A DNA stretch of 25,259 nucleotides, from IMG/VR virus record IMGVR_UViG_3300048856_000030, positions 1 to 25,259 of that record; one strand, written 5' to 3'. A program made the position numbers and the translations under genes. The stretch is from a virus. Its lineage: Duplodnaviria > Caudoviricetes. Below are positions 7,246-14,948 of the stretch, one piece after another. A model generated the notes under the pieces. That model searched no databases, was not told the DNA's origin, and saw only the letters and a list, made by a program, of their open reading frames with translations. How positions within the stretch are numbered: position 1 is the first letter of the stretch; every line of letters starts with the position of its first letter.

Positions 7246-7494
7246 TCAGACGGCGCGGGATGATCTGCGCATACGCTCGGCACGTCGCTGATCACGCAGG
7301 CGGCGGAGACGCTTCACCAGCATCGGGTCATGCTCAAGCGCCTCGCGCGTCTCGATCGCTCGCCCGAGTAGCTGGTAGTACCGCGCCGGCGGAATGCCGA
7401 GGTCAGCGCGGATTGCCTCGTCTTTCACGCCGTCGTGCCGACTCTGCCATCGCGCTTCGTACTGCAGCAGCTCGGGGATGGTCGGGGCAAGCAT
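7246..7494 (-). CDS. DUF3263 family protein
   Basis: LLQYEARW...GVKDEAIRADLGIPPARYYQLL...ALEHDPMLVKRLRRLR signature. Confidence 0.9.
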   Translation of the reverse strand: MLAPTIPELLQYEARWQSRHDGVKDEAIRADLGIPPARYYQLLGRAIETREALEHDPMLVKRLRRLRDQRRAERMRRSSRAV

Positions 7495-7500
7495 GCTCCC

Positions 7501-7522
7501 AGTGTGACGGGAGCCACCGACA
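7501..7522 (-). promoter_or_regulatory. Putative PafBC promoter for leaderless DUF3263
   Basis: TGTCGG-tggctcccgt-CACACT-N6-ATG. Confidence 0.7.
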
Positions 7523-7537
7523 CCCGCGTCGATAGGG

Positions 7538-7819
7538 TCAGCCCTTCGAGGCCGGTGTCCCCGACACGGCGATGTTCTCCGCGTTCGCCTCGCGCACGAG
7601 CCGCGGCATCCGAACCAGGTCGATGATCAGCCACACGCCAGCCGCGATCAATATGGGGACCCCGATGACGGCGCCGGACGTGAACCAACCGAAGACCCAC
7701 ATCACGAGCATGAGCGTGGCCGTGGCGTAGCGACCGAGGTAGAACCGGTGAATGGCGAACACCCCGAGCAGCACCGCCGCAACATAGGCGATCGCGAGGT
7801 CCTTGGGCCGTGGGTTCAC
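7538..7819 (-). CDS. TM2-domain membrane protein, 93 aa, leaderless
   Basis: KDLAIAYVAAVLLGVFAIHRFYLG TM2 motif; -10 TACGCT (7827-7832) lies 7 nt before GTG 7819. Confidence 0.85.
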   Translation of the reverse strand: MNPRPKDLAIAYVAAVLLGVFAIHRFYLGRYATATLMLVMWVFGWFTSGAVIGVPILIAAGVWLIIDLVRMPRLVREANAENIAVSGTPASKG

Positions 7820-7837
7820 GACGCCGAGCGTAGCTGA

Positions 7838-7859
7838 GGTCGGAGTCCACGCATAGACT
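7838..7859 (+). promoter_or_regulatory. Putative PafBC promoter for ORF 7895-8197
   Basis: GGTCGG-agtccacgca-TAGACT (one mismatch in the upstream hexamer). Confidence 0.55.
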
Positions 7860-7894
7860 CGTCGCCTCGGCCGGGGGAAGGGGACACCTGGCGG

Positions 7895-8197
7895 GTGGGA
7901 ACGAACAAGAGATACAGCGAGCAACTCCAGGCACAATACGCGGCACGCGCGCTCGAGCATGAGCCGTCACCGCACACGTTGCCGGCTGACGCGTACGGGC
8001 CGCTGCCGATCGAGTGGACGCAGGCGCGCCCTCCCGTGTGGGTGTGGGTGCAGTTCCCCAACCGACCCGCGGAACGCCGCCCCGGGTACGTGAAAGGCCA
8101 CAACGACCGGGTTTGCGTCGTCTGGGTCGACGGGCCCGGCGGCGGGTGGGAAACGACCGTCTGGCGCCCAGCCGTCTCCCACCGCACCATCCGGTGA
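7895..8197 (+). CDS. Hypothetical protein (MGTNKRY... type), beta-rich C-terminal half
   Basis: RBS GAAGGGG; 100 aa; Trp/Val-rich strands. Recalled as an N-terminus of Microbacteriaceae hypothetical proteins (not verified). Confidence 0.75.
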   Translation: MGTNKRYSEQLQAQYAARALEHEPSPHTLPADAYGPLPIEWTQARPPVWVWVQFPNRPAERRPGYVKGHNDRVCVVWVDGPGGGWETTVWRPAVSHRTIR

Positions 8198-8200
8198 CCC

Positions 8201-8797
8201 TCAGCGGACGAGCAATCTGGTCAGCACGTGCGCCCCGTGCGCGTCGTAGTTGTCGCGACGTCGGTAGTAGTGCTCGGTGAACTTCGGGTCGTGGTGCCGG
8301 GCGAATCGCATCGCCGTGAGCAGGTCGGCGCCCGTGTCGACCAGCGCGGTAATCGAGCTATGACGAAGGCTATGCGGGTGCAGATCAGCGCGGAGGTCCG
8401 CTTTTCCGGCGAGCTTCGTCACCTCGTACGGTTCGAGCCACGCGATCGTTTCCGGCGCCTGACGCACCCGCGGGAGCTTCAACATCACGGTCGGATTCCG
8501 GACGGTGAGTTCGTCGGCCTGCGCGAGCTTGTAGAACTGCGAGATCACGCCGAGCCGTCGCCGGACGGACGCGGGCCGGTTCTGTCGCTCGGTGGTGAGG
8601 TAGTCCATGAACAGCTCGAGGTGCGCTCTGCGGAGATCGAGCGGGTCGCGGCCCGCCTGTCGACACCAGTCGAAGAAGATCCGTAGGTCGATCGCGTACA
8701 TGCGCCGGGTCGCGGGGTGCGGTTGCCGGGCGAGGAACGCGTCTCGCGCGAGCTCGGCGTCGGCGCTGATGCGCGGGGGCAGGGTAATCTCAGCCAT
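8201..8797 (-). pseudogene. Second, Xer-like tyrosine recombinase with an in-frame internal deletion (ORF still open, 198 aa)
   Basis: Core-binding domain (ATRRMYAIDLRIFFDWC...SVRRRLGVISQFY) is joined almost directly to HPHSLRH...ARHHDPKFTEHY. Box I (GLR..E) and the catalytic Lys region are absent. Confidence 0.8.
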
Positions 8798-8877
8798 GAC
8801 GGCCCCTATCTCTAGTAGGTGTTCGTCTGGCCTCGTCGGTGTTAGCGCACCGGCGGGGCCGCTCCCATCTTCGGGAG
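8797..8877 (+). ncRNA. Candidate cis-antisense RNA over the recombinase RBS and leader
   Basis: gggTAATCT -10 at 8785-8790; a 13-bp hairpin (8829-8860) that is fully paired only on the + strand; a second small hairpin at 8862-8877. Confidence 0.4.
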
Positions 8878-8884
8878 GACGATC

Positions 8885-8906
8885 AGACTACGCCTCCCCA
8901 CCGACA
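8885..8906 (-). promoter_or_regulatory. PafBC (RecA-NDp) promoter for the deleted recombinase
   Basis: TGTCGGTG-gggaggcg-TAGTCT, a full match to TGTCRGTG-N8-TANNNT. Confidence 0.8.
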
Positions 8907-8927
8907 CCGGCGCCCGGGAACGACGAA

Positions 8928-8961
8928 TCGCCCCCTCCCCGCCGAAGCGAGAAGGGGGCGA
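8928..8961 (-). terminator. Terminator ending the late operon
   Basis: TCGCCCCCTTCTCGC-TTCG-GCGGGGAGGGGGCGA, a cUUCGg tetraloop with G-U pairs on the minus strand. Confidence 0.8.
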
Positions 8962-8986
8962 CTAGTTATGTAGAGATTTGCTGGGG

Positions 8987-9442
8987 TCAGTTCGCTTTCC
9001 GGAAGTCCATGCGATCGAACAGCATCGAGTAGTTGAAGTTGTAGTCGATGGTGCGCGATGTCGCCACAGTCGTCCACGATGCGGTGAGCGTGAGCAGTCC
9101 CGCCGCATCGGGATCGGACACAGTGAGCCCGCTCAGATCGTTCGGTGCTGCACCTGACGCGAACGCAGTCGCGCCGTACGTCCACGTCTTGAGGATCGTG
9201 TTCGCCGTTGGCCCGGAGCCGTCGGTGCCGTCGTTCTTGAACCAGGCGGTGCGACCCGAGAGGATGGCGGCGGTCTGCGGGTTGCCGTACATCGCCATGA
9301 CGAACCAGTCGTAGACGCCGTAGTTGGGCAGTTGCAGCGTGGCCGTCCTTGGCGGGGTTCCGGCCACCATGCTGCCGTAGAGACGGTGCTTCTCGACCCG
9401 CTCGAAGGCGCTGGGCTGGAAGGTCTGGAATCGGTTCGTCAT
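8987..9442 (-). CDS. Hypothetical beta-rich protein, last late gene
   Basis: 151 aa; ATGA-coupled to the SGNH protein. Confidence 0.75.
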   Translation of the reverse strand: MTNRFQTFQPSAFERVEKHRLYGSMVAGTPPRTATLQLPNYGVYDWFVMAMYGNPQTAAILSGRTAWFKNDGTDGSGPTANTILKTWTYGATAFASGAAPNDLSGLTVSDPDAAGLLTLTASWTTVATSRTIDYNFNYSMLFDRMDFRKAN

Positions 9443-10767
9443 GCGTGGGCTCCCATCTTGGGCAGTGCGCGGCGGATGAACGCGAGGGCGTGGTACTCGT
9501 CACCGTCTGCGTAGTCCGTCGTGCTCGCGGCGGACGGTTCGGTGGGGTGAGCGCCCTTGACCATGCGTGATCCGTTGCCCGCAACCCCAGGGTTCGCGGT
9601 GATGTCACCGTCGCCAGTGATGATCCCGCGGGTGTCGACGTAGATCGCGCCGAGAGCGTCGGCAACGTCCTCGATGATGGCGAAGTTGCCGCCTTGCGAT
9701 CCTGACTCCCAGGACTCCGATGGCGCCCAGGGTCCGCCCATGATGACCGGCACTGTCGGGTTGTCGGTCATGAACGCCTGCACGACGCTCGTCGCTGCGG
9801 CGGCGAGTCCTGCTGTCGGGTCGTTCCGGCTACCGAGGATCACCATTGCGTCGAGGCCGAGGCCGTTGAATGCGGAGATGCGGTCGGAGAACTTGGTGTT
9901 CGCAACAGGGCCGGTGCCGTTCGTCTGATAGCCCGAGCCCCCCTCGATGCTGATCCGGGGACGCCACCCGAACGTCTGGCAGATCCTCCCCACGAGCCCG
10001 AGCGTCTTCGTGCCCGCGATGGTTCCGAACGAGCCGTACGAGTCCGTCAGGAAACCGACGAGCGGTTTCCGCTCCGCGGACTGGTAGATCGTGTCGTTGG
10101 GTCCAGTGACGATGTTGGCGAGGGACGTTCCGGGTCCGCCGAACACCTGGTAGTGGTGGAATCCGGTGTACTCGTAGGTGAGGATGCGCAGGTATCGCCC
10201 GCCAGAGACGGTGATGGCACCCTCGGTGATGAGTTCCCCGTCGCGCAGGATCAGGAGCGCAGAGGAGCCGTAGGCGCCGTCGAGGCAGAAGTTGGGGGCG
10301 TCTGTGACGAACTCCCAGACGATCCCCGCGGTGCCCTGCGTGAACGGCGACCGGAGGTCGCGCGGGATGATGCAGTCGGCGACACCGCCCGACGTTGCCG
10401 TCTGCACGGCGATGGGGCCTGACCACCTGGCGACACCGGTGTTGTCCGCCCTCAGCGCGTGCGAGACGGCCCCGCTGATGCCAGTGACGGTGTTCACGTT
10501 GATCCGGGGGATGCTGCCGGCCATCAGCGGAGAGTTCTCGCGCTGAGGCTGCATGAGGTGGAAGGTCGATAGGTTCGCGCGGACGCTGACTGTCGGTGCC
10601 GTCCCCTTCGCAGGAGAGACCTCGGCCGCTTCGATGGCGAGAGGTTCGGCGACCTCAGCAATTGCCCCGATTACCTCGGAACTCTCGGCGATCGCCTGAC
10701 GCCCTTCAGGGGTGTCCGCGACGAAGTGCGCGTCGGCGCCGGCCTTCGTGTAGATGTCTGCGGGCAT
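9439..10767 (-). CDS. SGNH/GDSL hydrolase-domain protein, probably virion tail-associated
   Basis: Blocks FLTDSYG, GGSGY, LGSRND and GAHPT; N-terminal phage-fibre-like segment and a beta-rich middle. Confidence 0.75.
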   Translation of the reverse strand: MPADIYTKAGADAHFVADTPEGRQAIAESSEVIGAIAEVAEPLAIEAAEVSPAKGTAPTVSVRANLSTFHLMQPQRENSPLMAGSIPRINVNTVTGISGAVSHALRADNTGVARWSGPIAVQTATSGGVADCIIPRDLRSPFTQGTAGIVWEFVTDAPNFCLDGAYGSSALLILRDGELITEGAITVSGGRYLRILTYEYTGFHHYQVFGGPGTSLANIVTGPNDTIYQSAERKPLVGFLTDSYGSFGTIAGTKTLGLVGRICQTFGWRPRISIEGGSGYQTNGTGPVANTKFSDRISAFNGLGLDAMVILGSRNDPTAGLAAAATSVVQAFMTDNPTVPVIMGGPWAPSESWESGSQGGNFAIIEDVADALGAIYVDTRGIITGDGDITANPGVAGNGSRMVKGAHPTEPSAASTTDYADGDEYHALAFIRRALPKMGAHA

Positions 10768-10770
10768 ATG

Positions 10771-11040
10771 TCAGGCTCCGATCGTGAGAGTGCCGTCACC
10801 GTTGTCAACGTAGGACCCGGTGGAAGTGAAGGTGAGAGTTCCGTCGCCGTTGTCGACGTACCCGAGCCCGCCCCCGCCGCCTGCCGCGACGGCCTGCGCG
10901 ACCTTCGCGCCGACGGGGGTCGCCGGGTCGAGGATGTCCGCAACGACCGCCTCGTACTGGAGCCCGAGCGGTTGGATTCGCGCAGCTTCGAGCGGGTAGA
11001 GAGGGTCGTGATCTTTGAAGATCGGCGGCGTGAACGGCAC
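10771..11040 (-). CDS. Small protein with a duplicated YVDNGDGTLT motif
   Basis: GTG 11040 with RBS GGAG; poly-Gly linker followed by two DNGDGTLT hairpin repeats. Confidence 0.7.
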   Translation of the reverse strand: MPFTPPIFKDHDPLYPLEAARIQPLGLQYEAVVADILDPATPVGAKVAQAVAAGGGGGLGYVDNGDGTLTFTSTGSYVDNGDGTLTIGA

Positions 11041-11042
11041 GG

Positions 11043-11126
11043 CTACTCCCGGGGCTCGGAGGGCGAGAAGCGATGGGTGAGGGCCGCGGCCAGCACGAAG
11101 GCGACCGCGGCCCACCGGAGAATCAC
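11043..11126 (-). CDS. Possible 27-aa single-TM peptide
   Basis: GTGA overlap with the holin stop; MILRWAAVAFVLAAALTHRFSPSEPRE; stops 2 nt before the next start. Confidence 0.5.
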   Translation of the reverse strand: MILRWAAVAFVLAAALTHRFSPSEPRE

Positions 11127-11584
11127 TGGATGTTGTGCGCGCCGGGGTACGTGATCGCGGAGGGCACCGCGACGACGGCACGTACGGCCGGAGCGTCGAG
11201 GAATTCGATGGTGGCCTTCGACACATTCGGGTTGGAGAGGACCGCCGTAGCCTGGTCGATGCGGACAGCGACACCGATCTGCACGGCGAGAGCGTTCAAA
11301 GCAGCGATGCCGACGACGATGATCGCGGCGAACGACCATCCGTCAGTGAAGAACGGGACACCGGCGGCGAAGACGGCTCCGGCTACTGCTACACCGACCT
11401 TGAGGGCCGCGGCGTACGCCCCGGAGAGCAGCGGCACGAAAAGGGTTCCGATGGCTGCGACGACGAGGCCGCCGAACTGCCACGCCTCCGTGGCCGTGAC
11501 GCCGTCGGGGAGGATGACCTGGAACCCGGTCAGGGCGACGATCGCGAGGGTGAGTATCCCCGCGAGGTACTTGTTGATGATCAT
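11123..11584 (-). CDS. Holin-like 4-TM membrane protein
   Basis: Four hydrophobic helices; RBS AGGAGGT; in the lysis cassette. Confidence 0.7.
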   Translation of the reverse strand: MIINKYLAGILTLAIVALTGFQVILPDGVTATEAWQFGGLVVAAIGTLFVPLLSGAYAAALKVGVAVAGAVFAAGVPFFTDGWSFAAIIVVGIAALNALAVQIGVAVRIDQATAVLSNPNVSKATIEFLDAPAVRAVVAVPSAITYPGAHNIQ

Positions 11585-11611
11585 GATGCGTGACCTCCTC
11601 AGGTCGTGGAT

Positions 11612-12049
11612 TCAGACGGACCAGTCGGGCCGTGGTGGCGGGCCCGGCGGGTTGGGGATGAGGTTCTCGAGCGCGACGATGTGGCGGATCATCTCGGCCC
11701 GCTCGCGCTCCGAGGTCTCGACGCGGTCCGTGAGGGCCTCGTGCTTCTCTTTCAGCAGGCCGTGTTCTTCACGTGCTTCCCGCGCCTCAGCGCGGGCAGT
11801 TGCAGAGTCCTCGCGGGCGGCGGTGACGTCGGCGCGGAGGTTTGTCATCGACGTGTTGAATCCGTCGATGATGACGGCGATCTCGTGGGTAGCCGCTTCG
11901 CGTTCGCTTACCTTCACTGTTTTCTGGGAGACGTCCACAGCCGTCGGGTGCTCACGTTTCGACCGCCGATCTGCGATCACTGCGACAGCGATTCCGCTCG
12001 CGGGGCCGCCAATGCCTGCGACGAGGGCGATCAGGAGTTCCCAGCTCAC
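11612..12049 (-). CDS. Lysis-cassette membrane protein (one TM plus coiled coil plus PPPRP tail)
   Basis: GTG 12049 by GTGA overlap; architecture typical of actinophage lysis accessory proteins. Confidence 0.75.
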   Translation of the reverse strand: MSWELLIALVAGIGGPASGIAVAVIADRRSKREHPTAVDVSQKTVKVSEREAATHEIAVIIDGFNTSMTNLRADVTAAREDSATARAEAREAREEHGLLKEKHEALTDRVETSERERAEMIRHIVALENLIPNPPGPPPRPDWSV

Positions 12050-12552
12050 GAGGTAGGGCCCAACGTCGCCCGGAGCGCCCGGATGCGCAGGAACAGCAGT
12101 CGAACGCGCCATGTCGGCACGACGAGGTAGCTGAGTGCCACCGGGATGGTCGCGGCGCGGGCTGGGTCTCCTCCGAATGCGGCGGCGATGATGAAGACGG
12201 GGTAAACGCTCACGAACCCGGCAAGAATTGAAACTGACGTCAGCTCGATCACTTTCTTGCGTATTCGCAGGTCGACCGATGTCGTGTTCACGAGCGTGGA
12301 GATGGCGGCTGCTGATGCGACTGCGCCCAGCGCTCCGATGGACCCGCCCCAGAAGACCTCGTACACCGGTGTCGTCGCGGACGCGATGGTAGGGAGCCCG
12401 GTGACGACGGAGACGATGCCCCACCCGGCGTAGCACGCCCACAAAACGGCCGCCATCAGGTCCACGGAACGGTCGGTCACGACAGGGTCGTGCAGGGTAG
12501 AAGTCAACGACCGCATCGACGCTGCGCCCGCCCGGCACAGGCGGCGGAACAT
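12046..12552 (-). CDS. Multi-TM lysis-cassette membrane protein
   Basis: About four TM segments; TGATG overlap with the endolysin stop. Confidence 0.75.
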   Translation of the reverse strand: MFRRLCRAGAASMRSLTSTLHDPVVTDRSVDLMAAVLWACYAGWGIVSVVTGLPTIASATTPVYEVFWGGSIGALGAVASAAAISTLVNTTSVDLRIRKKVIELTSVSILAGFVSVYPVFIIAAAFGGDPARAATIPVALSYLVVPTWRVRLLFLRIRALRATLGPTS

Positions 12553-13448
12553 CAGGCTTCGAGCCGTTCCCGTTCGCGCTCTTCGAGCGCTTTCCGCTCG
12601 CGGCGATCGGCCTCGTCTGCTGCAGCGACAGCGAACGCGTGCGGATCGAGCTGCGGGTACTTCTCTGCGATCTCATCCGCGATCTGTTCGTAGTCGATGT
12701 CGCCGGTTGCGACGAGCGCGACCGCGGCCCGCGTGTTCGCGTGCTCGGCGGGCTCGTACCGGAGGAAGTCTCCAGCCGGAACGGTGAACGGTTTCCCGTC
12801 GGCGCCGGCGATCGGGTGTTCGAGCCGGTGTCCCCACACGTCGGTCGGGACGGAATTGAGGCGGTCGGAGATGATGTCCCCAACGATGAACACCGCTTCG
12901 AGCGCCTGCGCGATCGACACCATCCGGGACTGACCCCGCTGGGTCACCTTGAACTGGGCGGTGAGGATCTTCACGAGATCGTCTTGGTTGAGGGGCATGT
13001 CGTCCTCCTTGAACGGTGATGCGTTGTCGCTGGCGGGAGTTCCCTCGCCGCGGTGGTTGTCGCGGGATGCGTTGTACTCGAGGTGCCACCGCTCGACGAG
13101 AACACCGTTGCGGTAGACGGTCCAGAACCAGCCGTGGTCGTTCCAGATACGCATCTGCGCGGTCGACGTGTCGTCGGTGTCGACGGCGTACCCGCGACAG
13201 TGGATCGAGTCCTTGGCGGCCAGTCCGATCGGTGCCCACGGGCCACCGTTGAGGTACGCCTGGTAGGCGGCGAAGTTCGCGTCCGCTTGCTGAGGGGAAC
13301 GCCACGCTTCGTTGATGTCTGCGGCGCGACCGAACGCTGATCGGAACTCCGCGTCGACGCGGGCGAGAGATGCGGCCGCGGGGGCAGCGAGGCGGCCTCG
13401 GCCTCCACCGATGTCGACAGCATCTCTGAATGCGAGCACAGCGGTCAT
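12552..13448 (-). CDS. Endolysin, M15 (VanY-like) zinc peptidase domain
   Basis: EAWRS, SIHCRGYAVD (SxHxxGxAxD) and ERWHLEY; linker ending EDDM; helical C-terminal domain. Confidence 0.9.
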   Translation of the reverse strand: MTAVLAFRDAVDIGGGRGRLAAPAAASLARVDAEFRSAFGRAADINEAWRSPQQADANFAAYQAYLNGGPWAPIGLAAKDSIHCRGYAVDTDDTSTAQMRIWNDHGWFWTVYRNGVLVERWHLEYNASRDNHRGEGTPASDNASPFKEDDMPLNQDDLVKILTAQFKVTQRGQSRMVSIAQALEAVFIVGDIISDRLNSVPTDVWGHRLEHPIAGADGKPFTVPAGDFLRYEPAEHANTRAAVALVATGDIDYEQIADEIAEKYPQLDPHAFAVAAADEADRRERKALEERERERLEA

Positions 13449-13449
13449 T

Positions 13450-14481
13450 TCAGGCGCCTCCGAGGTAGGTGGCGGTCACGACGGTTTCGCCGGATTCCTG
13501 GCCTGTGACGGCGAACGCACCAGAATCTCGCCGGTACCCCGCGGCCACCCGCAGGTCACCCCCGGCGTGGACGATATTCACGATCACCTGCGGGGAGGTG
13601 GGGTAAGCGCCGACGTTCGGGAGATCCCATCGTGCTTGTTCGCGCGTTGGCGCTCCGGACGGTCCCCACTCTGCGTAGATGCGTCCCACGACAGGACTAC
13701 CGGCGTTTGCGTACAGCGATGCTCGGGCGGTGACCATGTAGAGGCCAGCCGGTGCATTGGGAATCGTTCCCTCGACAAGACCGATGTAGGTCCCTGACGT
13801 CACCGGAGCGTCAAAGGGAATATCCCGGACGAACCGGTAGGGGCTGGGCTTATCCCTCACCCACGCACCGTCAGCACGGTGGATTTGCGTATCTGTGTCG
13901 AGACGGTACGCCCGCGCGCCGTCGTGCGGCGCCCACGCGTCCTGTTCCGCCTGGTTGCGGAGCAGGACGTCGCCGCCCTCCAGCGCTGTGTACGGCACGG
14001 TCTGCGTGATCACGACCGTCTGTGTGGTCTCGTCCGTCGATTTGACCTCCGCGACGGCGAACTCGAGAGCACCCGCCGGGATCGTAGGCTTCTGCGGGTT
14101 GAAGTTCGGGACTCCTTGCGTGAGCCCAATCTCGGGGGTGTTTGCTGCGTCACCGAAAGCGGTGAACCGGCTACGCACCCAGATGACGTCCAGACGGCTG
14201 TTCGCGTTCGGGGCGGCGTACCCGGCCGGCGCGATGGGGGCGGACCCGTCGTTCGAGACAAACTCCACTCCGCCCGCCTGGCGGCTGGTCACCGCCACAA
14301 ACGGCAGCAGGTCATACCCCATCGATGCCTTGCCCGTCACCAGGGGGTTCGTGTGCGTCGGCAGCACACCGACGCGGGCCACGCCCGCCGCGGACTTCGC
14401 GACCATGCCCACCTGGATGCGACGCCGGTCGACGAGGGACAGCCCTGCCGGGTTGCCTGTGGGGAGGGTGGCAGTGAGCAT
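13450..14481 (-). CDS. Minor tail protein (upper baseplate/receptor-binding type)
   Basis: APNANSRLDVIWVR...GVP...PQKPTIPAGALE motif; beta-sandwich-like C-terminus; synteny. Confidence 0.8.
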   Translation of the reverse strand: MLTATLPTGNPAGLSLVDRRRIQVGMVAKSAAGVARVGVLPTHTNPLVTGKASMGYDLLPFVAVTSRQAGGVEFVSNDGSAPIAPAGYAAPNANSRLDVIWVRSRFTAFGDAANTPEIGLTQGVPNFNPQKPTIPAGALEFAVAEVKSTDETTQTVVITQTVPYTALEGGDVLLRNQAEQDAWAPHDGARAYRLDTDTQIHRADGAWVRDKPSPYRFVRDIPFDAPVTSGTYIGLVEGTIPNAPAGLYMVTARASLYANAGSPVVGRIYAEWGPSGAPTREQARWDLPNVGAYPTSPQVIVNIVHAGGDLRVAAGYRRDSGAFAVTGQESGETVVTATYLGGA

Positions 14482-14492
14482 GGCAGCCCTTT

Positions 14493-14948
14493 CTACGTGT
14501 GGCCGACGAGACCATCCGCGTCAACCCAGACGACGATGCGCGGGCGACCTGTGGCGGTGATGTCGGTGCTGTACAGAGCGGGGATGTGGACGGTGCCGCC
14601 CGGCTGGCCGATCGTGATGTCCGAGGCGGACAGTGCGGCGTTGATCGCAGATGCGACGGAAGCGTTGACGATCTCGTCGACGTCGTTCTGGATGAAGTCG
14701 GTCAACGTGGCGTCGATATTCGCAACGAGCGCGGTGAGCTGCGCCTGCTGCCCGGCCAGCGCGATCTGCTGGTCGGCGAGGATCGACTGCTGCTGTTGCA
14801 GTGCCGCGATGGCCTCCTGCAGCTTCGGTACCGCGTTGAACTGCTGTGTACCGGAGGGTGAGGAAATGTCGCGGATCGCCGCCCAGATGCGGCGGATCTC
14901 GTCAGCGAATACCGCCGCGCCTTCCCGTCCGGGCGAAGGGTCAGCCAT
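14493..14948 (-). CDS. Minor tail protein (coiled-coil, needle-like)
   Basis: ATG 14948 with RBS GGGAGG; heptad Gln/Leu-rich segment; synteny. Confidence 0.7.
   Translation of the reverse strand: MADPSPGREGAAVFADEIRRIWAAIRDISSPSGTQQFNAVPKLQEAIAALQQQQSILADQQIALAGQQAQLTALVANIDATLTDFIQNDVDEIVNASVASAINAALSASDITIGQPGGTVHIPALYSTDITATGRPRIVVWVDADGLVGHT

Noticed and set aside
7118-7291. ORFs starting at ATG 7118 or 7132
   Set aside because: They run through the terminator and into the convergent DUF3263 gene; low-complexity products.
8811-8826. LexA (SOS) box TCTAGTAGGTGTTCGT in the recombinase leader
   Set aside because: Only one half-site (GTTCG) fits TCGAAC-N4-GTTCGA; too degenerate to call, though weak binding cannot be excluded.
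12112-12133. TGTCGG-N10-TAGCTG as a fifth PafBC promoter
   Set aside because: Lacks the conserved final T of the -10 and is antisense within a lysis gene with no downstream + strand gene.
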